Assembly: GCA_017629735.1 (NCBI GenBank) | Contig: JAGBWQ010000115.1 | Location: 1-46,755, forward strand | DNA: 46,755 bases | Source of the DNA: Kiritimatiellia bacterium | Lineage (GTDB): Bacteria; Verrucomicrobiota; Kiritimatiellia; RFP12; UBA1067 | Direction of reading: 5' to 3' | Part shown: positions 11,758 to 19,374 of the stretch, one piece after another | Position numbering within the stretch: the stretch's first letter is position 1 | How the letters are laid out: the number at the start of each line of letters is the position of its first letter | Translations under genes and position numbers: made by a program | Notes under the pieces: model-generated | Told to the model about the DNA's origin: nothing | Databases searched by the model: none | The model's input: only the letters and a program-made list of their open reading frames with translations

Positions 11758-11771
11758 GAACTTGCGTCAGA

Positions 11772-11801
11772 TTGACGGGCGAGACCATTTTTTGATACAA
11801 T
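11772..11801 (+). promoter_or_regulatory. Sigma70-type promoter for infA: -35 TTGACG, 18-nt spacer, extended -10 TGaTACAAT
   Basis: TTGACG at 11772-11777 and TGATACAAT at 11793-11801. AAGGAAA Shine-Dalgarno at 11821 precedes ATG 11838. Confidence 0.5.
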
Positions 11802-11837
11802 ACCGATACTTTTAAACATTAAGGAAATCAAGAACGA

Positions 11838-12065
11838 ATGGCGAAAGAAGAAGATCAAGCGATTGAGGTCACCGGTACAGTAACCAAGGTGCTTCCTGCG
11901 ACAATGTATAAGGTCAAGCTTGAGAACGGTCATGAAGTTCTCGCGCACATATCGGGGAAGATGAGGAAGTTCTTCATCAAGATAGCGATCGGCGACACTG
12001 TTACCGTCGAGATATCCCCGTATGACCTCGGCAAGGGTCGTATAACCTATCGCCATAAGGTCTGA
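11838..12065 (+). CDS. infA: Translation initiation factor IF-1
   Basis: 75 aa. [36 protein letters not shown]...[14 protein letters not shown] is the canonical IF-1 S1 fold. Confidence 0.95.
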   Translation: MAKEEDQAIEVTGTVTKVLPATMYKVKLENGHEVLAHISGKMRKFFIKIAIGDTVTVEISPYDLGKGRITYRHKV

Positions 12066-12103
12066 TTCCATATCCGCTTGTTATAATCCAAGGAGAAACA
12101 AAC

Positions 12104-12868
12104 ATGTCAGGTCACAGTCACTGGGCGACAATTAAGCGCGCGAAGGGCGCAGCGGACGCCAAGAAGGGAAAAATCTTTTCCAAGCTCGGCAAGGAAATCA
12201 CAATCGTCGTGAAGGCGAAGGGCGGAAATCCCGATAACAATCCGTCTCTGCGTACTCTCATCGCTAAGGCCAAGGCCGCGCAGATGCCCAACGACAACAT
12301 TGAGCGCGCTATCAAGAAGGGTACTGGCGAGCTCGAGTCTGCAGCTCTCGTTGATGCTCAGTACGAAGGCATCAAGGGCGGCACGGCTGTCGTTGTCAAT
12401 GTGCTTACCGACAACAAGAACCGCGCAGCTGCGGAAGTCGGAAATGTTTTCAAGAAGAATGGTCTTGAATTTGCTAAGCAGGGCAGCGCCACTCGTCTTT
12501 TCGATCGTATGGGTCAGATCATGATTCCTGCGGCCGACGGTCTTACCGAGGACGGAGTGATGGAAGTCGCTCTCGAGGCAGGTGCTGAAGATGTCGTCAG
12601 CGAAGAGGGCGGTTTCACGGTCAAGTGCCAGCCCAGCGATTTCACGGCTGTTCTTGAAGCTATCAAGGCTGGTGGTATCAATGTTGACGAAGAGAACAGC
12701 TCCATCGGGCTTGTTCCTAACATGATGAATCCTGTTTCTGATGTCGCGACCGCTAAGGCGATCAACAAGTTCGTTGATATGCTTGAGGATCTCGAAGACG
12801 TTCAAGACGTCTACACGAACATGGAGACAACGGACGAGGTTGATGCAGCTCTTGAAGCTGAGGGCTAA
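12104..12868 (+). CDS. yebC: YebC/PmpR-family transcriptional regulator
   Basis: MSGHSHWATIKRAKGAADAKKGKIFSKLGKEI N-terminus is diagnostic. AAGGAG Shine-Dalgarno upstream. Confidence 0.9.
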   Translation: MSGHSHWATIKRAKGAADAKKGKIFSKLGKEITIVVKAKGGNPDNNPSLRTLIAKAKAAQMPNDNIERAIKKGTGELESAALVDAQYEGIKGGTAVVVNVLTDNKNRAAAEVGNVFKKNGLEFAKQGSATRLFDRMGQIMIPAADGLTEDGVMEVALEAGAEDVVSEEGGFTVKCQPSDFTAVLEAIKAGGINVDEENSSIGLVPNMMNPVSDVATAKAINKFVDMLEDLEDVQDVYTNMETTDEVDAALEAEG

Positions 12869-12889
12869 GTTCTGTTTCTCATGTTAAGC

Positions 12890-12924
12890 AAAAGGCTCCG
12901 GTTCTCCGGAGCCTTTTTGTTTTC
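12890..12924 (+). terminator. Rho-independent terminator
   Basis: GGCTCCGG (12894-12901), loop TTCT, CCGGAGCC (12906-12913), then TTTTTGTTTT. A-tract upstream. Confidence 0.85.
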
Positions 12925-12966
12925 ACTTCGGGAACCATCTGACTCGCAACTATCCCAACTGGGCTA

Positions 12967-12995
12967 TTGTTATCTTTGAAATCTTTCAGTATAAT
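12967..12995 (+). promoter_or_regulatory. Promoter: -35 TTGTTA, 17-nt spacer, -10 TATAAT; 8 nt separate the -10 from ATG 13004
   Basis: TTGTTA at 12967-12972 and TATAAT at 12990-12995. No Shine-Dalgarno before the ATG. Confidence 0.55.
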
Positions 12996-13003
12996 ATACG
13001 AAT

Positions 13004-14620
13004 ATGAAAACGGTATTCCCCGAAGATGTAAAATGTTGGTACGCAATATCGTGCCCCTGCGCTGGTTTGCGTTTTGATTCCCGCACACTCGAACTGCTCG
13101 ACTCGGATGGAGACGGTCGAATAAGGTCGGAAGAAGTCACCGCGGCTCTTGCGTTTCTTGGGAAGGAAGGCGTGAAATGCGAAGATCTTCTTTCGCCTTC
13201 ATCTGATCTCGATGAGAAGATCGCGGAAAACGCATCTCGGCAAGCCGACCTTGCAAAGGAAGAGCCTTCGGAAAGTGAAAAGGCTGCCCTTGCAGAATGG
13301 GAGGCGAAAGGCAAATCGCCTGAGGTTGCTATCCTCGGAGACGACACCGCATCTGCAAATGCCGCGCTCGTAGCCGTAGAAGAGGTGGTTGATCAATTTT
13401 TCACTCCGCCGGCCGATATGGCGCTTGTCACAGACGAGCCCGATTGCGTTCTTCCACTTTCAAGTCACATAAATCCGAAGTACGCAGAAGATATTCAGGC
13501 ATTTGCCGCTTCTTGCGTAACGCCGCTTTTGGGAAATAAGGAAAATCTCACGCGCGCCGATTGGAAGAAGATTAAGTCTTCTTTCGCGCCATACCGCGCG
13601 TGGGCGACATCGAAGCCAGAGGCGAATGCCTCCGCAAAAGCTTCTCTTGTGAATGAAGAGAAAGCTCTGCGCTTCCGCCGTTATCTCGGAGAGTTCCTCT
13701 GCAATTACATTACGATGGATCGCCTCTACAAGGCAGATGCGCCTGCGATGTTCCAGACAGGTGTCCTTCGTATTGATGGCAAGGAAATGAATCTTTGCTT
13801 CCATGTCGAGTCGGAAGCTGCTCATTCTGCGCTCTCTGGCAAGTCGAAGTGCTGTGTTATTTATCTTAAGATTACTCGCCCCTCAGATGGAGCAGTGCGT
13901 TCTATCTGCGCCGTAGTCACAGCTGGCACGATTGGCGGCCTTTATGTTGGGCGAAACGGTGTCTTTTACGATCGTGACGGCAAAGACTGGGATGCTGTAG
14001 TTACGAAAGTTGTTGAGGCGCAAGTTTCTCTTCTTGAGGCATTCTGGTCGCCTTGGCGCAAGCTTGGCGAAGGCATTGCTTCGATGGTTAAGAAGTTCCT
14101 TGGCGACAAGCAAGGCGCGGCAGACGCAAAGCTTTCCGCGAGCGTTGAAAAGGCCGCCTCTGGCAAGACGGCAGAGGCTTCTTCGCCCGCGGCGCTTGCG
14201 GGAGCAGTTGCCGCGATAGGAATTGGCATCGGATTCCTCGGTGCGGCCGCGGCATCTTTGATGGCAGCGCTTTCAAAGATGACAGCATGGCAGATCGGCG
14301 GGTCGATTGTGGCTCTCATTCTCGTTGTTTCGCTTCCGAGCGTCTTGCTTGCGTATCTCAATCTTCGCAAGCGCGATCTTGGTGCGATTCTCAATGCAGG
14401 CGGCTGGGCAGTAAATCGTCAGATGCGCTTTTCAATGAGTCGCGCTCGCGGGTTTACGAAGTGCACTCCGCCCAAAGGGTTGCTTGCTCTCTTCATCGCT
14501 TTTGCGCTTATCATTACCATTTTGGCAGTTGGCTCGTCTCTATTCTGCCCTTGCTCGGCTGAAGCGGAGGCGGCGGTGCAAAACGAACAAACTCTTCAGG
14601 AAACTCAAACGCCTCAGTAA
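13004..14620 (+). CDS. Uncharacterised membrane protein with one canonical EF-hand loop and three C-terminal TM helices
   Basis: DSDGDGRIRSEE (aa 33-44, nt 13100-13135) fits the DxDxDGxIxxxE loop. No signal peptide. Hydrophobic helices near aa 395-425, 430-452 and 493-515. I do not recognise the family. Confidence 0.6.
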   Translation: MKTVFPEDVKCWYAISCPCAGLRFDSRTLELLDSDGDGRIRSEEVTAALAFLGKEGVKCEDLLSPSSDLDEKIAENASRQADLAKEEPSESEKAALAEWEAKGKSPEVAILGDDTASANAALVAVEEVVDQFFTPPADMALVTDEPDCVLPLSSHINPKYAEDIQAFAASCVTPLLGNKENLTRADWKKIKSSFAPYRAWATSKPEANASAKASLVNEEKALRFRRYLGEFLCNYITMDRLYKADAPAMFQTGVLRIDGKEMNLCFHVESEAAHSALSGKSKCCVIYLKITRPSDGAVRSICAVVTAGTIGGLYVGRNGVFYDRDGKDWDAVVTKVVEAQVSLLEAFWSPWRKLGEGIASMVKKFLGDKQGAADAKLSASVEKAASGKTAEASSPAALAGAVAAIGIGIGFLGAAAASLMAALSKMTAWQIGGSIVALILVVSLPSVLLAYLNLRKRDLGAILNAGGWAVNRQMRFSMSRARGFTKCTPPKGLLALFIAFALIITILAVGSSLFCPCSAEAEAAVQNEQTLQETQTPQ

Positions 14621-14645
14621 TATAAAAACTAAGGAGAGAAAGACT

Positions 14646-15083
14646 ATGAAAAAGAAAACAGAAAACAACATCGTTAATGCAGCGCGTAGCGGTTTCACGC
14701 TTGTGGAACTTCTCGTTGTGGTGGCAATCCTTGGTATTCTCGGCACGATTGGTTTGCAGGGAGTTACGAAGCATATCGAAAACACGCGTAAGACTGCAGC
14801 TAAGCAGGCGGTCGATAATATCCGCGGCGCAGTTACGGCTTATATGATTGGTGAGAAAAAGTCCGTTCCTCCTACCGATCTTAAGGTGATTATCGACCAG
14901 TCTGGCGATGAAGATCCTTATCTCGATGGTGGCGAGGGCGCTCTTGTCGATCCGTGGGATGGTGACTATCGCATTGAAGTTAAAGGCAAGCGCTTTGTCA
15001 TTATCAGTAATGGCCCTGATGGCTCGCCCAACACCGACGACGACATTCGCTCTGATAAGATAGAAAAGTCCAAGAAGGACTAA
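14646..15083 (+). CDS. GspG-like pseudopilin (prepilin-type N-terminal cleavage/methylation domain)
   Basis: G|FTLVELLVVVAILGILG prepilin motif. C-terminal DPWDGDYRI...SNGPDGSPNTDDDI resembles the GspG core and its Ca-binding loop. AAGGAG Shine-Dalgarno upstream. Start moved from the ORF-track 14484 to ATG 14646. Confidence 0.8.
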   Translation: MKKKTENNIVNAARSGFTLVELLVVVAILGILGTIGLQGVTKHIENTRKTAAKQAVDNIRGAVTAYMIGEKKSVPPTDLKVIIDQSGDEDPYLDGGEGALVDPWDGDYRIEVKGKRFVIISNGPDGSPNTDDDIRSDKIEKSKKD

Positions 15084-15097
15084 CCAGGAGTGTTTCA

Positions 15098-18000
15098 ATG
15101 AGAGGCCTTATTCAAAAGGTGGCAGTGCTTGCGCTGCCACTAGTTATTGTTTTGTCAGTATTTGGTGGTGGTGAAATTGTTGTTTCACCTGAAGGGATTT
15201 CACCGCATGCAGCTGTTGAGCATATTCGTAAGGCAAAAAAAGCTGGCGACAGAGGCGCGTGGACAGTTTTTGTAAGAGCAGGCGTATATGAATTTGAAAA
15301 GGCTCTCGTTCTCACAAGTGAGGATTCGGGCACGACATCTGCACCAGTTAAATGGATAGGCGAGGAAGGCGCTATTTTTACAGGTGGCAAAGTGCTTTCT
15401 CCTTGGCGAGACGATGGAGATGGAGTTTGGTCAACTCCAATTCCTGTCGACAAAAATGGGAAAAGAATATTTTTCGAGTCGCTTTATGTGAACGGTCGCC
15501 GTGCAGATCGCGCAAGAATCCCTCTTGAAGGAAAGCTTTCTCTTAAATCCTGGAACGAGCAAGAAGTCGTCTCTGGTGATACTACGAATTATGTCGATAA
15601 GGTCGTAGTTAATGGTGATGATCATAAGGCTCTCGCAGGGCTCTCGAAAGAGCAACTTGCAGCGGCACAGTGGCGCGTATTTGTAAAATGGGCATATGCA
15701 TCGTATCCTATTGATGATTACGATCAAAAAAGCGGCGTCATAACTGTGAGCGGCAAGGTAAAGGCGGATGGCTGGAGAAAGTGGAATGGCGATGTGCACA
15801 ATTATTTTTATATCGAAAATGTTGAAGCAGGTTTTAAAAAACCAGGCCAGTGGTTCTACGATGTAAAGGCAGGGCGCATAAAATACAGACCACTTGCAGA
15901 AGAGAAGATTTCGTCTTTTGAGGCGATTGCTCCAACAGCAAATCTTATTTCGCTTGTAGAGATAAAAGGCGATCTTGAAAAAGGCGCGTTCGTCCATGAC
16001 ATATCGTTTGAGAATATAGCCTTTACGGCATCTCGCACAGACGGCGACAAGCAAGAAAATGGCACTGTTAAGCAGTATCTTCATCAAGGGGCGAGGCGCA
16101 CGGGTGCAACCGTGTATGCTATTGGCGCTCATCGTGTGAAGTTTGAATATTGCCGCGTTTTCAACACAGAGAACTATGCATTTAAGTTTGATGACGGGTG
16201 TGTTTCAAATGCGATTGTCTCGTGTGAGATAGTTGATGCTGGTGCAGGCGGCATCTGGATTGGAAATGTAATTCCTAATCCCTTTAAGGCTGCGAATCCA
16301 GAATGGAGAAATATTAGAAACCCGTGGGATCACCCGTTCCCGACAAAGCGCATTGTAGATACGAGTTTTAGAGCAGTTAGATTCAATGTTATTGACGACA
16401 ATCTTATTACTCGTTGTGGACGTGTAAACCCTGAAGGCTGCGGCATTGTTCTTACGCATGCTGCCGATACAAAGGTGACGCACAATGAAATATCCGATCT
16501 CTACTACACAGGTATATCGGTTGGTTGGACATGGGGATATTACGGTTCTTATGCGCAGCGCAATGAGATCTCGTTTAACCGCATAACTGATATTGGGCAG
16601 GGTAAGATGGCTGACATGGGAGGCATCTATACTCTCGGCGCATCTTTCGACACTGTTATTACAAACAATGTCATTATGAATGTCGATTCGATTTCCTACG
16701 GCGGGTGGGGAATGTACAACGACGAAGGCTCTGAGGGTATTCGTTGGGAGAATAACCTTGTCGTAAATACTTCGACTGATTCTTACCATACGCATTTTGG
16801 TCGTAGCAATATGGTAGTAAATTGCATAATGGCTAATGCGCGCCGTGGCAAGCTTTGCGTCACAAGATCAGAAAAGCATCGACAAGTAGATTTCGAGCGT
16901 AATATCATCTGCTGGCAGCAAGGGCCTATCTTCGCAGGTTGGGGTGCCCTTAGATTCAGTTGCGCAAATGTTTCATGGAAGGACAATCTCGCCTGGTGCT
17001 ATACAGCTCCTACGGAGATTAACGGCCATTTTGTAGGCTATATCGCAGATCCACTTTTTGAAAATCCTGAAAAGGGAGATTGGCGGCTTAAGAAAGATTC
17101 GCCAGCTCTCAAACTTGGCTTTAAGCCGTGGGATTATTCGCTTTCAGGTCGTAGAAAAGATCGCCCTGTGCGGGTTGTCGAAGCGAACGCCGCATCGTTC
17201 CAATCTTCTCTTTCTCGCGCTCGCGCGCTTTGCGCGAGAGGAATGAAAGTTGTTTTGCGTCTTGCTCCAGGCGAATACATAATTGAGAAAACTCTCGGGT
17301 TTAATAAGAGCGATTCTAATCTTACGATTGAGTCTCAGGAAAGTGGTAAAGCAAAAATTATTTTTGCACAGAAGGTCAAGGCTGGCGATGCAATCAATTG
17401 CGCGGTAGAGAAATTGCCTGATTGCGAGGGCTTTGCGAAAGTGAGGCCGCGTCTTCCGTATTTCTTCTATGATGGCAAGTGGGCTGTTGAGGCGCGTTGG
17501 CCGAATGAAGGTTTTGTGACATTCACCGATGTAGTGGATTCAGGCTTAAGAGGGCGTGTTCTTCATAGCATCAAACCAGATAATCCGACAGAGCCTGGGG
17601 CTTTTGTTTTTGAGAGCGATCGCCCGTCGCGTTGGAATATGAAAGAAGGTGTTTGGCTTTGCGGCTATTTTACACATGATTGGTCTTACGAGCGTATTCG
17701 AGTGGAGTCGTTTGATGCTAAGAGCAACACTGTGTATATGGCAGCTCCTGCGACATACGGAATTGGCGGCCATACATGGAGCGCTCTCAATGGGCGCAGA
17801 TTTTTTGCAACAGGCACAAGGGCGGAACTTGATGCGCCGGGAGAATATTACTTCGATAGAAAGACTCGGAAATTTGATTTTATCGCACCTCCTGGAACGA
17901 AAGATATTTTTGCAGTAACCAAAGCCTCTCCAATTGTGAAGGCGGTGGGCGTAGACAATCTCGTTTTCAGAGGGATAGTCTTTGAGTATGCGTATGAGGC

Positions 18001-18916
18001 GTTTGTGGTTGAAAACTGCAGAGATTTGCTTATTGAAGATTGCACTGTTCGCAATATTTGCGCAATGGCTGTTTCTTTTAATGGAGGCAAGCGTTGCAAA
18101 ATATCGAAAAGCACATTTTCAGGAATTGGTTTGTCGTGTGCATTTGTTAATGGAGGCGATCGCAGGAAGCTAGAAAATGCCGATCACGAGGTCTCTGATT
18201 CCACTTTTACTGATTTCGCCAAGGTTAATAGAACATATAGTTCTGGATTGTGGATTGCAGGGTGTGGTAATCGCATTTTGCGTAACAAAATTTTTAACGC
18301 GCCGCACATGGCAGTTAACTATGCAGGAAATGAGCATCTTATCTCCTCTAACGAGGTGTGGAACGTGATGTATGAAACTGGTGACTGTGGGGCGTTTTAC
18401 ACAGGGCGCGACCCAACGTCGAGAGGAAATGTGCTTTCGTTCAACTATGTTCACGATTGCGGCGAAAGAAGCTATGGCAAGAAATCCGCCAATGTGATGG
18501 CGTTTTACCTTGACGATTGTGATGCAGGAGATCTTGTCATTTCCAATAGGGTGGTCAATGTCCCGCGTGGGCTACTTATCGGAGGTGGGCAGGATAATAG
18601 AGCTATCGGGAACACTTTTGAGAAGTGCGATATTGGTATCTCAATAGACGATCGCGGCGTTTATTCTACTGAAAAGTGGGATTCTCATATCGATAGGTCA
18701 TGGCAGATTACGCGCAGGGCGCTTGAGATGCCGATATTTGAGGAACCCTGGAAGAGTCGCTATCCGCACATGTATACATTTCTTACTCAGTCTCCTCGTG
18801 AGCCCTTGCATGTGCAGATAAAGGATAATCGCTTTATTGAGTGTACTCTCCCCATAGAGTATTATCTAAAAGGTGCGAGAAGTAAGAGCGTTCTCGATGT
18901 TAAACTTGCAAAGTGA
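15098..18916 (+). CDS. Large secreted protein with two tandem right-handed parallel beta-helix modules (putative glycan-active enzyme)
   Basis: Signal peptide. Module heads AGVYEFEKALVL...LYVNGRRADRARIPLEG (near aa 60-145) and PGEYIIEKTLGF...FFYDGKWAVEARWPNEG (near aa 730-810). Beta-helix-type repeats include NNVIMNV, NNLVVNT and NAPHMAVNYAGNEHLISSNEVWNV. Confidence 0.6.
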   Translation: MRGLIQKVAVLALPLVIVLSVFGGGEIVVSPEGISPHAAVEHIRKAKKAGDRGAWTVFVRAGVYEFEKALVLTSEDSGTTSAPVKWIGEEGAIFTGGKVLSPWRDDGDGVWSTPIPVDKNGKRIFFESLYVNGRRADRARIPLEGKLSLKSWNEQEVVSGDTTNYVDKVVVNGDDHKALAGLSKEQLAAAQWRVFVKWAYASYPIDDYDQKSGVITVSGKVKADGWRKWNGDVHNYFYIENVEAGFKKPGQWFYDVKAGRIKYRPLAEEKISSFEAIAPTANLISLVEIKGDLEKGAFVHDISFENIAFTASRTDGDKQENGTVKQYLHQGARRTGATVYAIGAHRVKFEYCRVFNTENYAFKFDDGCVSNAIVSCEIVDAGAGGIWIGNVIPNPFKAANPEWRNIRNPWDHPFPTKRIVDTSFRAVRFNVIDDNLITRCGRVNPEGCGIVLTHAADTKVTHNEISDLYYTGISVGWTWGYYGSYAQRNEISFNRITDIGQGKMADMGGIYTLGASFDTVITNNVIMNVDSISYGGWGMYNDEGSEGIRWENNLVVNTSTDSYHTHFGRSNMVVNCIMANARRGKLCVTRSEKHRQVDFERNIICWQQGPIFAGWGALRFSCANVSWKDNLAWCYTAPTEINGHFVGYIADPLFENPEKGDWRLKKDSPALKLGFKPWDYSLSGRRKDRPVRVVEANAASFQSSLSRARALCARGMKVVLRLAPGEYIIEKTLGFNKSDSNLTIESQESGKAKIIFAQKVKAGDAINCAVEKLPDCEGFAKVRPRLPYFFYDGKWAVEARWPNEGFVTFTDVVDSGLRGRVLHSIKPDNPTEPGAFVFESDRPSRWNMKEGVWLCGYFTHDWSYERIRVESFDAKSNTVYMAAPATYGIGGHTWSALNGRRFFATGTRAELDAPGEYYFDRKTRKFDFIAPPGTKDIFAVTKASPIVKAVGVDNLVFRGIVFEYAYEAFVVENCRDLLIEDCTVRNICAMAVSFNGGKRCKISKSTFSGIGLSCAFVNGGDRRKLENADHEVSDSTFTDFAKVNRTYSSGLWIAGCGNRILRNKIFNAPHMAVNYAGNEHLISSNEVWNVMYETGDCGAFYTGRDPTSRGNVLSFNYVHDCGERSYGKKSANVMAFYLDDCDAGDLVISNRVVNVPRGLLIGGGQDNRAIGNTFEKCDIGISIDDRGVYSTEKWDSHIDRSWQITRRALEMPIFEEPWKSRYPHMYTFLTQSPREPLHVQIKDNRFIECTLPIEYYLKGARSKSVLDVKLAK

Positions 18917-18928
18917 GGAGGAAGTGTT

Positions 18929-19342
18929 ATGAAGAAGATAGTCATTGAGTATCGCGTTCCCTATGGCGATACGGATATGATGGGGGTCGTTTATTACGCA
19001 AATTACCTTGTTATGTTTGAGAGGGCGCGTAATGAGCTTATGCGTTCTTGCGGATATACTTATAAGCAGTGCGAAAGTGAGGGGTGGGGGCTCCCTGTGA
19101 CGCACGCAGAGTGTAATTACCGCGGCAGTGCAAAATATGACGATCTTCTTGAAATTACCGCATATGTCCAAGCTCGCAAAGGTGTGCGCATCGAGATTGC
19201 CTGCGAGGTCAGGAGAAAAGGAGAGGAAAATGTTCTTGTGAGCGGCTTTACGCGCCACGCATTTATCGATTTGAAGACATTTAGGCCATGCCCACCGCCA
19301 GAGCGTTTTATCCAGATGCTTTCTGGCGAGGAATCCAAATAA
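18929..19342 (+). CDS. Acyl-CoA thioesterase, YbgC/4HBT hotdog family
   Basis: VPYGDTDMMGVVYYANYLVMFERARNELMR is the family signature. GGAGGA Shine-Dalgarno upstream. Confidence 0.8.
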   Translation: MKKIVIEYRVPYGDTDMMGVVYYANYLVMFERARNELMRSCGYTYKQCESEGWGLPVTHAECNYRGSAKYDDLLEITAYVQARKGVRIEIACEVRRKGEENVLVSGFTRHAFIDLKTFRPCPPPERFIQMLSGEESK

Positions 19343-19354
19343 AAAGCATTATTT

Positions 19355-19363
19355 TGATATAAT
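19355..19363 (+). promoter_or_regulatory. Extended -10 promoter TGaTATAAT; 11 nt separate it from ATG 19375
   Basis: TGATATAAT at 19355-19363. No Shine-Dalgarno before the ATG. Confidence 0.5.
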
Positions 19364-19374
19364 ACACACTTGAT

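Noticed and set aside
11765-11793. Possible terminator after the GH36 gene: CGTCA-gat-TGACG hairpin with a T-run 10 nt later.
   Set aside because: The stem is only 5 bp and the T-run is not adjacent. The same TTGACG works better as the -35 of the infA promoter.
12079-12087. TGtTATAAT extended -10 box upstream of yebC.
   Set aside because: It matches the promoter grammar, but it ends 2 nt before the strong AAGGAG Shine-Dalgarno (12090-12095). A transcript starting 6-8 nt downstream would begin inside the Shine-Dalgarno, about 10 nt before the ATG. I cannot tell whether it is a real promoter or yebC is read through from infA, so I did not list it as a feature.
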